Of a stretch of DNA of 64,000 nt, positions 33,529 through 44,169 are shown in pieces. Within the stretch, counting starts at the first letter, position 1; each line of letters begins with the position of its first letter. This stretch comes from Verrucomicrobiaceae bacterium. Its GTDB lineage: Bacteria; Verrucomicrobiota; Verrucomicrobiia; Verrucomicrobiales; Akkermansiaceae. The notes below the pieces were generated by a model. That model was not told the DNA's origin, searched no databases, and saw only the letters and a program-made list of their open reading frames with translations. Location: positions 288,001 through 352,000 of the forward strand of contig JBPOGH010000001.1 of NCBI GenBank assembly GCA_051252135.1, written 5' to 3'. The position numbers and the translations under genes were made by a program.

Positions 33529-34863
33529 ATGATGAAAGACCCCTGCCCCGGAAACCCACTTGCCAGCGATTTCTCCCGTCGCGGCTTCCTCCACGTCGGC
33601 ATGCTCGGCGGACTCGGACTCACCCTCCCCCAATTCCTCCGCATGGAGGCCCAGGGAGCACAAAAAGACTACGAAACCCGCGAAGGCGTTGCCAAATCGG
33701 TCATCCAAATCTTCCTTCCCGGCGGAATGGCTCATCAGGAGTCCTGGGACCCCAAGCCCTATGCGCCCAGCGAATACCGCGGCCCATTCGGCACCATCAG
33801 CACCACCATCAAAGGGGAGGCCTTCAGTGAAAACATGAAGCACCTCTCCAAGGTTGCCGACAAAATGACCATCATCCGGTCAATGGCCCATGGTGAGGCG
33901 GCCCATGAGCGGGGAACCCATAACATGTTCACCGGCTACCGACCCTCCCCCGCGGTCAACTACCCCTCCATGGGAGCCGTAGTAGCTCACGAGTTGGGTT
34001 CAAAAAACAATCTCCCCCCTTACGTTTGCATCCCGAACGTTCCTAACGAATTTGCCAACTCGGGTTACCTGTCATCGGCATTCGGACCCTTCGCTCTCGG
34101 CTCCGATCCCGCCCGCGGCGATTTCCAGGTCCGTGACCTCAACATGCCTCGCGGCGTCGATGACGATCGCTTCCATCGTCGCCGCAGTCTTCTCGAGACT
34201 GTGGATCACCATTTCAAATCCCTTGAGGAATCTGATGCGCTCGATTCCATGGATGCCTTCTACCAACACGCTTACAAGCTCATCTCCTCCCAAGCAGCCC
34301 GCGAAGCCTTCGACCTCAAGGCCGAAAAAGAAGAAATGCGGAAACGCTACGGCATGAACCAACCCGGCCAGCGGATGTTACTCGCCCGCCGCCTTGTCGA
34401 AGCCGGCGTCCGCTTCGTTTCCCTCACCGCAGGTGGTTGGGACCACCACGATGACATTAAAAATCAAATCAACCGCAACCTCCCCACCGTCGATCAAGCG
34501 ATTGCGGCCTTGATCAGTGATCTCGACGAACGCGGACTCCTCGACTCCACCCTTGTCATGGTGACCTCGGAATTCGGACGCACTCCAAAAATCAACCAGA
34601 CCGGAGGTCGCGATCACTGGCCGGGGGTGTTTTCGGTTGGCCTTGCGGGTGGCGGAACACATCGGGGTCTCGTCCACGGTTCTTCCGATGCCCTCGGCGG
34701 AGAGCCGGAAGAAGACCGCGTCGGGATCGAGGATCTCGCCACCACGGTATACAACCAGCTCGGCATCACCGGTGACAAAGAGCTCATGGCCCCCGGAGAG
34801 CGACCCATCGAGATTGTTGATGGCGGGCGCATCGTTGATGAAATCCTGGCCAAAAAAGCCTAG
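33529..34863 (+). CDS. DUF1501 family protein with Tat-type signal
   Basis: SRRGFL twin-arginine motif, GG..H.ESWDPKP, RRLVEAGVRFV, GWDHH, EFGRTP, GRDHW. Confidence 0.93.
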   Translation: MMKDPCPGNPLASDFSRRGFLHVGMLGGLGLTLPQFLRMEAQGAQKDYETREGVAKSVIQIFLPGGMAHQESWDPKPYAPSEYRGPFGTISTTIKGEAFSENMKHLSKVADKMTIIRSMAHGEAAHERGTHNMFTGYRPSPAVNYPSMGAVVAHELGSKNNLPPYVCIPNVPNEFANSGYLSSAFGPFALGSDPARGDFQVRDLNMPRGVDDDRFHRRRSLLETVDHHFKSLEESDALDSMDAFYQHAYKLISSQAAREAFDLKAEKEEMRKRYGMNQPGQRMLLARRLVEAGVRFVSLTAGGWDHHDDIKNQINRNLPTVDQAIAALISDLDERGLLDSTLVMVTSEFGRTPKINQTGGRDHWPGVFSVGLAGGGTHRGLVHGSSDALGGEPEEDRVGIEDLATTVYNQLGITGDKELMAPGERPIEIVDGGRIVDEILAKKA

Positions 34864-34868
34864 CTCCC

Positions 34869-37319
34869 ATGAAAAACCTCCTCTCCTTGGTTTCAATTAG
34901 CCTGCTGCTCCTGACACTTCGTGCTGCCGCCTTCTCTCCCCATGTGGAAGTGGTGGTCCCTCGGGGAGGTCAGAAAGGAACCGAGGTGCCGGTCACATTC
35001 ATCGGAGATCGCCTCTACGAACCCGAGGAGATCCTCTTCTATCAAAAGGGCATCTCGGCAAAAGACCTGGCAAAAGGGAAAGACCACAAATCGGTAAATG
35101 CCACATTCGTCATCGCTCCTGATGCTCCCCTTGGGGAATACTCGTTCCGGCTAAGAACCAAAGGCGGCCTCAGCTACCTCCGCACCTTCTGGGTCGGCCA
35201 GTTTCCTGTAGTCGACGAAGCTCGAGACAGCGAGAACAAGCGCGACCTCAACGACACCTTCGAGGAACCGCAGAACATCCCCATGAACGTCACGGTTCAT
35301 GGCACCGCACTTCGTGAGGACGCCGACTTCTACCGCGTCGAGGCCAAGAAGGGCCAACGCCTTTCAGTCGAGGTCGAAGGCCTCCGGCTGGGCCGCATGC
35401 TCTTTGACCCCTACGTGGCCATCCTTGATAAAAACCGCTTCGAGATTGCCGCAAATGATGACTCCACTCTTCTCCGCAGGGATTGCGCCTCCTCCGTCCT
35501 CATCCCGGAGGACGGTCCCTATACCATCCTCGTCCGCGAATCCGCCTATGAGGGCGAGAACAAATGCCAGTATCGACTCCATGTCGGAGACTTCCCCCGT
35601 CCTGTTTCGGTCTTTCCTCCGGCTGGAAAACCCGGAGAGCAAATCGAGTTCACGTTCACCGGCGATGCCTCGGGCCCCATCAAGCAATCGGTCACCCTTC
35701 CCGGTGAAGATGTAAGCATCCATGCCGGAAGCGGTGTCGTTTCTCCCTCCGGACTCCCGATCAGAGTCTCTCCGTTACCCTATCTCAACGAGGCCGAGCC
35801 AAACGAAAGCCTCAAGACTTCGATTCCGCTCCAAAACCCTCCCGCCATCCCCATCGCGTTTCAAGGCACCCTGTCTCATGACAAGGACGTGGATTACTTC
35901 CGTTTCTCCGCCAAAAAGGGGCAAAACCTCCGTGCCCGGGTTCTCGCACGGAGTCAGCGCTCTCCCCTCGACTCCGTCATTTCGATCCGATCCCTGAAAG
36001 ACAACAAGGCCATCGCTGATAACGACGACGAAACACAGGGAACTCCCGACAGCCGGGTCGACTTCACCATCCCTGAGGACGGAGAATACGCCCTTCGCAT
36101 TCGCGACCAACTCGGACGCAGCGGACCGGATTTTGTCTATCGAATCGAAATCGCCCCTCGCGAACCCTCTCTAAGCGTGTCCCTCCGTCCCGCCGACCGG
36201 AATGACAGCCAGAAATACAAAATGATCGCAGTCCCTCGTGGCAACCGGCTCATCGTTGTGCCTGGAATCAATCGCTCCAATATCGGATGCGCCGTCGACC
36301 TCAGTCACACAGGACTCCCTGTCGGGGTCGAGATGATCGCCCCTCACGCGCCCCGAAACATCAATGATTTCCCAATTCTCTTCGAGGCGGCTCACGATGC
36401 ACCACTTGCCGGACAGCTCTGCCAATTCCCTGTAAAAGATCCCAAATCTGGACTCACCGGATACTTTACCGAACAGATTGATCACGTCGCCGTCAACAAT
36501 CTCGGCATCTTCCATTCCTTCAACACCGAAAGAATTGCCGTCGCCGTCATTGAGGAAGCCCCCTTCACCTTGGACCTCTTCATTCCTCCGGTCCCATTGG
36601 TTCCCAACGGCACCACCAATCTCAAGATCACCGCCACACGCAAAGAAGGCTTCGATGAAAAAATCCGCCTCACCTTCCCCTGGAAACCTCCCGGCGTAAA
36701 CGCCCCCAACTCGATCGATATTCCCAAAGGGCAGAATGAAGTCATCCTCACCCTTAATGCCAACGGAGACGCCCCAACCGGTGACTGGCAGGTTGGCGTT
36801 ACTGCCACCGCACCCGCCAAAAACGGGCGTGGGGAAATCAGACTCTCCACCCCTCTCAGACCCCTTAAGGTCGGTGAGCCCTACCTCGGGATGAGTCTTC
36901 AAATGGCTGCGACCCAACCCGGTCAAAACACCCAGGTGATTGCCAACATTGAAAACCTGAAGAGCTTCGACGGTGAAGCCGAAGTGCGCCTCCACGCCCT
37001 CCCCCACGGAACCTCATCCAAACCCGTAAAAATCAAATCGGACACCAAGGAAATCGCCATTCCCGTTGAGGTCACCGGAGAAGCAAAAAAGGGCAAGCAC
37101 GGGAACCTATTCTGTCAGGTCATCGTTATCGAAAACGGCCACCCAATCTCCCACAATCTGGGTCACGGAGGAACTCTCCGTATCGATCCCCCGCCTCCGG
37201 CACCTAAAAAGCCGGTCGAGAAACCGGCCCCCGCAGTGGCCAATGTGGAACCCAAAAAACCGGAGACCAAAAAGCCCCTCTCACGACTCGAACAACTCCG
37301 CCAAGCCAAGTCCAAGTGA
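34869..37319 (+). CDS. Exported protein with pre-peptidase C-terminal (PPC)-like domains
   Basis: Signal peptide, PRGGQKG, repeated 'D.D.Y.F.AKKGQ.L' and 'E.EPN' PPC motifs, Lys/Pro-rich tail. Confidence 0.85.
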   Translation: MKNLLSLVSISLLLLTLRAAAFSPHVEVVVPRGGQKGTEVPVTFIGDRLYEPEEILFYQKGISAKDLAKGKDHKSVNATFVIAPDAPLGEYSFRLRTKGGLSYLRTFWVGQFPVVDEARDSENKRDLNDTFEEPQNIPMNVTVHGTALREDADFYRVEAKKGQRLSVEVEGLRLGRMLFDPYVAILDKNRFEIAANDDSTLLRRDCASSVLIPEDGPYTILVRESAYEGENKCQYRLHVGDFPRPVSVFPPAGKPGEQIEFTFTGDASGPIKQSVTLPGEDVSIHAGSGVVSPSGLPIRVSPLPYLNEAEPNESLKTSIPLQNPPAIPIAFQGTLSHDKDVDYFRFSAKKGQNLRARVLARSQRSPLDSVISIRSLKDNKAIADNDDETQGTPDSRVDFTIPEDGEYALRIRDQLGRSGPDFVYRIEIAPREPSLSVSLRPADRNDSQKYKMIAVPRGNRLIVVPGINRSNIGCAVDLSHTGLPVGVEMIAPHAPRNINDFPILFEAAHDAPLAGQLCQFPVKDPKSGLTGYFTEQIDHVAVNNLGIFHSFNTERIAVAVIEEAPFTLDLFIPPVPLVPNGTTNLKITATRKEGFDEKIRLTFPWKPPGVNAPNSIDIPKGQNEVILTLNANGDAPTGDWQVGVTATAPAKNGRGEIRLSTPLRPLKVGEPYLGMSLQMAATQPGQNTQVIANIENLKSFDGEAEVRLHALPHGTSSKPVKIKSDTKEIAIPVEVTGEAKKGKHGNLFCQVIVIENGHPISHNLGHGGTLRIDPPPPAPKKPVEKPAPAVANVEPKKPETKKPLSRLEQLRQAKSK

Positions 37320-40105
37320 TGAAAACCCTCATCTCCCTTCTTACCATTTCCCAACTGGGCGCGGTCACCTTTGAAGAGGTTCAGCCGATCCTCGAAACCT
37401 CCTGTGTCGAATGCCACAATTCCGACAAGGCAAAGGGCGAGCTTCAGCTTCAATCCCGTGAAGGATTGATCACCGGGGGCGATCTCGGGACTTCCATCGA
37501 CTTTGACAAGCCCGATCAATCCGAACTCATTCGCCGGGTCATGCTCCCGCATGATGACGACGAATTCATGCCCCCTTCCTCGAAGAAAAAGGCTCGCCCC
37601 CCGTTATCCGCAAAGGAAGTCGAGACCCTCAAGGGGTGGATCGCCGCCAAGGCTCCATGGCCTGAAGGCGTCACCTTGGTTCCCCGTGAAAGGGGCCCCA
37701 TCCTGGAGGACTCCAGCGCGCCCGATCCCCATCTCGGATCCATCGCCGTCTATCCCTCATCGGTGATCCTGGAAACAAAGCGGGACTCCCATCGCCTCAT
37801 CGTTCTCGCAACTGACAAGGATGCCATCACCCGGGATGTCACAGCCTCGGCCAATTATGCTCTAAAGGACCCTTCGCTCGCAAAAATCGAAGGTTCCACC
37901 CTTCTCCCTCTCAAAGATGGCAACACCACCGTGGTCATCAACTTCCGGGGTAAAACCTCTGAAATCCCCCTTGCCATCAAATCCGCCGATGCCGATCGCC
38001 GGATCAGCTTCCAACAGGATGTCGTCCCGGTTCTCACCGCCGCAGGATGCAACACCGGCTCCTGCCATGGCTCCGCACGCGGAAGGGACGGTTTCATGCT
38101 CTCCTTGTTCGGATACGATCCCGATGGCGACCACTACCGCATCACACGCGAACAATCCGGACGAAGGATCAATCTCGCGGTTCCCGGAGAATCACTCCTC
38201 CTCACCAAGGCTGTCGGGTCCGTCCCCCATACCGGAGGCAAGCTCTTTGACGAGGATCATCCGTTCTACACCACTCTCCTGGAATGGGTCCGGAACGGGG
38301 CCCAGGCCGACCCAAAGGACATTGCTCTCCCCGTTAAAATAGATGTCGAACCCAAGCAGTTTCTCCTCGAAGGGCAGGACAAAAAAATCCCTCTTACCGT
38401 TAAGGCAACTTACTCCGACGGAACCGACCGGGATGTCTCGTCGCTCTCGAGTTACACCACTTCCAATGACTCCTCGATTGGCATCGATCCATCCTCCGGC
38501 CTCGCGATCTCCAAGAAGCGCGGTGAAGCCTTCCTCATGGCTCGATTCCACACCTTCACCGAAGGCTCGCAGGCAATTGTGATCCCCGATGGGCTCGAGT
38601 ATGAACGCCCAAAGCTCGCCGAATACAATTACATCGACTCTCACGTCCACGAAAAGCTCCACAAGCTTCGCGTCATTCCCTCCGGGCTTTGCAGCGATGA
38701 AGAATTCATCCGCCGGGTCACCCTCGATATCACCGGACTTCTTCCTACCGAGGAAGAACGGGAGAATTTCCTCAAGGATGCCAACCCGAAGAAACGGGAG
38801 GCGATCGTCGACCAACTGTTGGAACGCAAGGAGTTCACCGAAATCTGGGTCATGAAGTGGGCCGAACTCCTTCAGATTCGCTCAACCGGCGGAAACGCCA
38901 ATGACATCAGCTACAAGGCAGCCCTTCTTTGGTACGAGCAACTTCGTACGGCCATCGCTGAAAACCGCCCATTCAACAAAATCATCCGGGACATCCTCTC
39001 CTCCCGCGGCGGAACCTTTGCCAACCCCTCCACCAACTACTTCAAACTGGAAGCGGACGTCAAAAAGGTAACCGAAAACGTAGCCCAGGTCTTTATGGGC
39101 ACCCGCATTCAGTGCGCACAATGCCACAACCACCCGTTCGACCGATGGACCATGGACGACTACTACGGCTTCGCTTCCTTTTTCTCCCAAGTGAAACGCA
39201 AACGCGCCGAGGACCCCTCGGAGCAAATCATTTTCGATGGGGGTGGCGAAATCAAACACCCGATCACCAATCAAAATGCCAAACCCAAATTCCTGGGGGG
39301 CGACTACCACACCCAAACCGGTGTGACCCGCCGTGAAGCGGTTGCCGACTGGCTCACCGCTCCTGAAAACCCCTGGTTCGCTCCCAATGTGGCCAATATC
39401 ATGTGGTCTCACTTCTTCGGTATCGGAATTGTCGATCCGGTCGACGACATCCGCGTCTCAAACCCCGCCACCAACCCCCAGCTCCTGGAGGCGCTTGGTG
39501 AGAAATTCGTCGATTACAACTTCGACATGAAAAAACTCGTTCGCGACATCTGCACCTCCCGAACCTACCAGCTCTCCACTAAGGTCAACGAGACGAACAA
39601 GGACGACCACACCAACTTCTCCCATGCCCGCATCCGGCGCCTCCGCGCCGAGGTTCTCCTCGACACCCTCGCCCAGTCGACAGGCACTCCCAACAAGTTC
39701 AAGGGCTTGCCGATCGGCTCACGTGCTGTCCAAATTGCCGACGGAAACACCTCCACCTACTTTCTCACCACCTTCGGCCGCGCAACCCGTGCAACGGTTT
39801 GCTCCTGCGAGGTCAAGATGGAACCCAACCTCTCCCAGGCCCTCCACCTCCTCAATGGCGACTCCGTTCACAACCGCATCGAACGCGGGCGCATCGTCCC
39901 CGACCTATTGAAGGAAAAGAAATCACCCGAGGAAATCATCCGCTCACTCTACCGCCGAACCATCACCCGGGAACCCACTGACGTGGAGCTTTCCAAGCTC
40001 ATGACCGAGGTTGGAAAGGCCGGGGACGATAACGCCAAAAAGCTGATTCTGGAGGATATCTTTTGGGCTCTGCTCAACTCCAAGGAATACCTCTTCAACC
40101 ACTGA
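37316..40105 (+). CDS. Planctomycete-type cytochrome c + Ig-like + DUF1549/DUF1553 protein
   Basis: CVECH, GCNTGSCHG, FIRRVTLDITGLLP, CAQCHNHPFD, ALLNSKEYLFNH. Confidence 0.92.
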   Translation: MMKTLISLLTISQLGAVTFEEVQPILETSCVECHNSDKAKGELQLQSREGLITGGDLGTSIDFDKPDQSELIRRVMLPHDDDEFMPPSSKKKARPPLSAKEVETLKGWIAAKAPWPEGVTLVPRERGPILEDSSAPDPHLGSIAVYPSSVILETKRDSHRLIVLATDKDAITRDVTASANYALKDPSLAKIEGSTLLPLKDGNTTVVINFRGKTSEIPLAIKSADADRRISFQQDVVPVLTAAGCNTGSCHGSARGRDGFMLSLFGYDPDGDHYRITREQSGRRINLAVPGESLLLTKAVGSVPHTGGKLFDEDHPFYTTLLEWVRNGAQADPKDIALPVKIDVEPKQFLLEGQDKKIPLTVKATYSDGTDRDVSSLSSYTTSNDSSIGIDPSSGLAISKKRGEAFLMARFHTFTEGSQAIVIPDGLEYERPKLAEYNYIDSHVHEKLHKLRVIPSGLCSDEEFIRRVTLDITGLLPTEEERENFLKDANPKKREAIVDQLLERKEFTEIWVMKWAELLQIRSTGGNANDISYKAALLWYEQLRTAIAENRPFNKIIRDILSSRGGTFANPSTNYFKLEADVKKVTENVAQVFMGTRIQCAQCHNHPFDRWTMDDYYGFASFFSQVKRKRAEDPSEQIIFDGGGEIKHPITNQNAKPKFLGGDYHTQTGVTRREAVADWLTAPENPWFAPNVANIMWSHFFGIGIVDPVDDIRVSNPATNPQLLEALGEKFVDYNFDMKKLVRDICTSRTYQLSTKVNETNKDDHTNFSHARIRRLRAEVLLDTLAQSTGTPNKFKGLPIGSRAVQIADGNTSTYFLTTFGRATRATVCSCEVKMEPNLSQALHLLNGDSVHNRIERGRIVPDLLKEKKSPEEIIRSLYRRTITREPTDVELSKLMTEVGKAGDDNAKKLILEDIFWALLNSKEYLFNH

Positions 40106-40110
40106 TCTCC

Positions 40111-42399
40111 ATGCGCTTCTTCAGTGTCCTCCCGCTTGTCTTCGGCGTCCTTCCGGCTGCCGAAAAAATCACCTACGAAGATCACATCTTCCCGATTTTT
40201 GAATCGGCATGTCTCAACTGCCACAATCCCGATAAAAAAAAGGGGGGACTCGATCTTTCGACCTATCAGGGAGTGACGGCAGGCGGCTCGGGTGGAAAAA
40301 TCGCACTGGCCGGAGACGGCGGAAGCTCCAAGCTATTCACCGTCACCGTTCACACCGAGGAGCCCGTCATGCCGCCGGAGGGCGATAAGATCGAGAAGAA
40401 GAATGCCGACCTGATTCGCGCTTGGATCGATGGCGGACTTCTCGAGACGAAATCCTCCAAGGCCCGTAAGCCAAGCAAACCCGCAATCTCACTCACTGCC
40501 ACCGGGAACGCTCAAACCAAGCCGGAAGGTCCCCTGCCAATGCCCGCCGACCTTCTCCTCGAGCCGGTTCTCGTTCCCCGCAGGGATACAGTCGTTAACG
40601 ACATGGACGCCAGCCCTTGGGCACCTCTCCTCGCAGTCACCTCTCAGAAACAAGTTCTTCTCTACCACACGGACTCGCTTGAACTCGTCGGCATCCTCCC
40701 CTTTCCGAAGGGAAATCCGGAAACAGTCTCATTCCACCCTGGTGGAAAATACCTCATTGCCGGCGGAGGCATTGGCGGCAAGTCAGGATCCACCGTCACT
40801 TGGGATATCACCACAGGCCAAGTGATTATGACAATGGGCAAAGAGTTCGATTCCGTTCTCGCTGCCGATCTCCGTGCCGACCTCGGCGGCATAGCTCTCG
40901 GAGGCCCATCCCGATTTGTGAAGTTGTGGGATACCCAGGCAAACGAAGAGATAGCCAAGATCAAAAAGCACACCGACTGGCTCATTTCGCTCAAGTATTC
41001 CCCTGACGGAGTCCTCCTCGCCACCGGTGGCCGCGGAAATGGCGTTCAAGTCTGGGAGGCCGCTACCGGAAACGAATTTCATAGTCTTCGGGGACATCAG
41101 GGCGGAATCATCGATCTCAAATGGAGGGCCGACTCCAACCTGCTCGCCTCCGCGTCATCTGATGGCGACATTGTCTTCTGGGACATGAATTCCGGAAATC
41201 AGGTGAAGAAACAACGGGCTCACAACGGAGGAGTTCTGGCCATGGACTATGCTCGCGATGGCCAACTCGCAAGCTCTGGACGCGATAAAAGGGTGAAGAT
41301 ATGGAAACCGGATCTTGGACTAAAAAAGGAACTTCCCGCCTTCAAGGAAGACGTAACCGAGGTGGAATTCTCCCACGATTCCAAACGTATTTTCACCGCC
41401 GACTGGAACGGTGAAATCAAGGTGTGGGAAAATGACTCCTTTAAAGAAGTCGGAACCCTGGATGCCAACCCGCCCGCCATCGCCACGCGACTGGTCGAGT
41501 TGAAGGGCCAGACCTCCACCTTGGCCAAGTCCACCGCCGACCTCCGCGCCGATCTCTCCAAAAAGGAAAAAGCGATGGTTGATGCCGCCAACTGGGTCAC
41601 TTGGCTCGAAAAAAAGATTCCCGAACTCAACAATCAAAAGAAAGGCATGGAGCAGGAGATCGCAAAGCTAAACGACCTTTGGAATCGCCACAACACTGAG
41701 CAAGAATCGCTTCAAAAACATCTCCAGCAACAGAGTCAGGAGTTGCAACAAATCCGTGAGAGTCTGGGTGGACTCGAGGAACAGCGAGCTAAGGCTGCCG
41801 AGGAATTGGTGGCTGCAAAGAAGACCGATGATCCTTCCAAAATAGCTCAAATCGAAAAGGCTCTCGGTAATCTTGATGCCGACATCAAGAACTCGCGGGA
41901 CGACATGGACAAAAGGCAGGGAGTCTTCAACAAGACCCGCGATGATCACAAGGTCGCCCTGCAAAAACGGGAGACTGCTGGATCAGCCCGGCAGTCCAGG
42001 CAAGAGGAACTAAAGTCGATCCTGGGTGAGATTCCCCAGCGGGAAAAAGAACTCGATCCTGCACGCAAAGGAAAAGAATGGACGGCCAAGGTCGTTCAGG
42101 AAACCAAATCACAAATCATTGCCGCTGAAAAATCCGAGGCCAACCATCTCGCTTCAATCGCCCGCTGGCAGGCGGCACAGATCAACACCGAATTGATCGC
42201 CACCGAAGACCTCTTGACCGCAGCAGCCGCACAACTCGAAAACATGCGGTCGGATCTCCAACTCGCGGCAAAAGACGAAAAAATAGACGCCATCAGGGAG
42301 CTCAAAACCCGAATCGATACCGCTTCGTCAACCCACGCCGAACTGCTCTCCCGCAGAGACTCCCTCAAGACCCGCTACGAGGCCAGCAAGACAAAGTAA
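40111..42399 (+). CDS. Planctomycete-type cytochrome c + WD40 repeat + long coiled-coil protein
   Basis: CLNCH...MPP, WD40 repeats (HTDW..., GHQG...WD), heptad-rich C-terminus. Confidence 0.9.
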   Translation: MRFFSVLPLVFGVLPAAEKITYEDHIFPIFESACLNCHNPDKKKGGLDLSTYQGVTAGGSGGKIALAGDGGSSKLFTVTVHTEEPVMPPEGDKIEKKNADLIRAWIDGGLLETKSSKARKPSKPAISLTATGNAQTKPEGPLPMPADLLLEPVLVPRRDTVVNDMDASPWAPLLAVTSQKQVLLYHTDSLELVGILPFPKGNPETVSFHPGGKYLIAGGGIGGKSGSTVTWDITTGQVIMTMGKEFDSVLAADLRADLGGIALGGPSRFVKLWDTQANEEIAKIKKHTDWLISLKYSPDGVLLATGGRGNGVQVWEAATGNEFHSLRGHQGGIIDLKWRADSNLLASASSDGDIVFWDMNSGNQVKKQRAHNGGVLAMDYARDGQLASSGRDKRVKIWKPDLGLKKELPAFKEDVTEVEFSHDSKRIFTADWNGEIKVWENDSFKEVGTLDANPPAIATRLVELKGQTSTLAKSTADLRADLSKKEKAMVDAANWVTWLEKKIPELNNQKKGMEQEIAKLNDLWNRHNTEQESLQKHLQQQSQELQQIRESLGGLEEQRAKAAEELVAAKKTDDPSKIAQIEKALGNLDADIKNSRDDMDKRQGVFNKTRDDHKVALQKRETAGSARQSRQEELKSILGEIPQREKELDPARKGKEWTAKVVQETKSQIIAAEKSEANHLASIARWQAAQINTELIATEDLLTAAAAQLENMRSDLQLAAKDEKIDAIRELKTRIDTASSTHAELLSRRDSLKTRYEASKTK

Positions 42400-42407
42400 A
42401 TCCATGT

Positions 42408-42443
42408 TTGCCGCCTTGCTGTGACGCCGGTATTCTCTTCCCG
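42408..42443 (+). promoter_or_regulatory. Sigma70-like promoter abutting the start codon (leaderless-type)
   Basis: TTGCCG-N17-TATTCT-N7-ATG(42444). Confidence 0.6.
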
Positions 42444-44141
42444 ATGCTACGGTTTTTTCTCCTGACCATTTTCTGTCTCTCGCGATTGCCTGCTCAGGTA
42501 TCCGAGACCCCCACTCTCCAAAAGTCCCGCTACGATAAGGATTTAAGCGACGCCTATGACCGAATCGACCCTCTCAAAGACGGCTGGACATCCGAGGAGT
42601 TGAACGAACAATTCGGCCACCACCTAAAGGAGTTCGTTCACCGAATCACCGATCCCGAATTCAAATCGGTTAATCTGAACGACGAAACCCTCTCCGCGAC
42701 GCCCTTGCGCCCGTCGAGTTTGGAGAATGTCACCGTCGACCAATTTGTAATCCAGAGAGGAACCGGTCTTCCCGAGAAATTTGCCTCGGCCCCAATCCCC
42801 GATCTCAAAGGACATTCGACGAAGGTCAAAGTCGTCACCATCGAACCCCTGGCCTGCACCGCATTGATCACATTCAAGAAGCCCGGCCACCAGGTTAACG
42901 CCACCTGGAAGTGCACTTGGACACCCGACTTGGAGCTAAAATCACTCCAGGTGCTGGACTACGAAGAAGTCACCGGGCCCCCACTCCTCCGGGACATCAC
43001 CGAGTCAGTCCTTGGAGATGTCGACTCCTATCACGAACAACTCCTTCGCTCAACCGATCACTGGCGACTCCGTCTCCCCCGTGATTTCGGGCTTGATGCC
43101 CCTGCCAACCACGGACTCGCCCTCGGAGACATCAACGGTGATGGGCTTGAGGACCTCTACCTTTGCCAGCAGGGCGGCCTCCCCAATCGACTCTATTTAC
43201 AAAACGATGATGGCACCTTGAGAGACTTTAGCGTGGAGAGTAAAACCGACATTCTCGACTACTGCGCATCAGCCCTGATCATCGATCTTGATAACGATGG
43301 CGACAAGGACCTGGTGGTCTCTCAGGATTTCAAAATTCTCTTTTTTGATAACCTGGATGGCAAGGGTCACTTCGAACTCGTCTTCGGACAGTCCACCCGC
43401 GCTCAAAGCTTTTCCCTGACCGCTGCCGATGTCGATGTCGATGGCTTCCTCGATGTCTACATCTGCGGATACAACCCTTCCTATTCCTCTGCCCGTGCCG
43501 GCGCGTTGGGTGAGCCCATCCCTTTCCACGACGCCAATAACGGAGGACCCAACATGCTTTGGCGGAACCTGGGAAATTGGAACTTCGAAGACATCGCCGA
43601 AAAGACCGGGCTTGATGCCAACAACACCCGTTTTTCATTTGCCGCTTCTTTCGAGGACTATGACAACGATGGCGATCTCGACCTTTACGTCGCAAACGAT
43701 TTCGGACGAAATTGCCTCTACCAAAACCAAGGCATCCAAAAGAACGGACTCCCTTTCTTCAAGAACATCGCCGAATCGCTTGAGGTCGAGGACACCTCCG
43801 CTGGGATGTCCTCAAACTGGGGTGACATTAATCGTGATGGCCACATGGACCTCTACGTCAGCAACATGTTCTCCAGCGCCGGGAACAGGATCACCTTCCA
43901 AAGCAAATTCAAACAAGGAGTCGACGACTCAATCCGGTCCCATTACCAACGTATGGCCAGAGGAAACACCCTCTTCCAGGCGGATGGCAAAGGTGGTTTC
44001 AAAGACATTGCGATGGAAAGCCACACCACCATGGCCCGTTGGTGCTGGGGCTCCACGTTTACCGACCTCAACAACGATGGCTGGCAGGACATCTTGGCGG
44101 CCAATGGATTCATCACCGCTGAAGATACCGGAGACCTCTGA
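42444..44141 (+). CDS. Exported FG-GAP/VCBS-repeat (CRTAC1-like) protein; N-terminal part of a probable UGA-recoded gene continuing to 46154
   Basis: Signal peptide MLRFFLLTIFC; repeated D.[ND].DG..D[LIV] Ca-binding motifs; ends ...DTGDL-TGA in frame with the next ORF. Confidence 0.88.
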   Translation: MLRFFLLTIFCLSRLPAQVSETPTLQKSRYDKDLSDAYDRIDPLKDGWTSEELNEQFGHHLKEFVHRITDPEFKSVNLNDETLSATPLRPSSLENVTVDQFVIQRGTGLPEKFASAPIPDLKGHSTKVKVVTIEPLACTALITFKKPGHQVNATWKCTWTPDLELKSLQVLDYEEVTGPPLLRDITESVLGDVDSYHEQLLRSTDHWRLRLPRDFGLDAPANHGLALGDINGDGLEDLYLCQQGGLPNRLYLQNDDGTLRDFSVESKTDILDYCASALIIDLDNDGDKDLVVSQDFKILFFDNLDGKGHFELVFGQSTRAQSFSLTAADVDVDGFLDVYICGYNPSYSSARAGALGEPIPFHDANNGGPNMLWRNLGNWNFEDIAEKTGLDANNTRFSFAASFEDYDNDGDLDLYVANDFGRNCLYQNQGIQKNGLPFFKNIAESLEVEDTSAGMSSNWGDINRDGHMDLYVSNMFSSAGNRITFQSKFKQGVDDSIRSHYQRMARGNTLFQADGKGGFKDIAMESHTTMARWCWGSTFTDLNNDGWQDILAANGFITAEDTGDL

Positions 44142-44152
44142 AGTGTTTATTG

Positions 44153-44169
44153 GCGACAGGTCGTGTCGC
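44153..44169 (+). promoter_or_regulatory. Candidate bacterial SECIS element
   Basis: GCGACA-GGTCG-TGTCGC perfect 6-bp stem starting 11 nt after the in-frame TGA (44139-44141); CAGGUC core as in E. coli fdhF SECIS. Confidence 0.72.

Noticed and set aside
37310..37325. Possible read-through or frameshift fusion at the PPC / DUF1549 and DUF1549 / WD40 junctions
   Set aside because: Downstream genes are in different frames and have their own signal peptides; ordinary translational coupling.
44139..44141. Genome-wide UGA reassignment (code 4 or 25) as an explanation for the in-frame TGA
   Set aside because: Several genes end in TGA at their expected C-termini, and Trp is encoded by TGG throughout.
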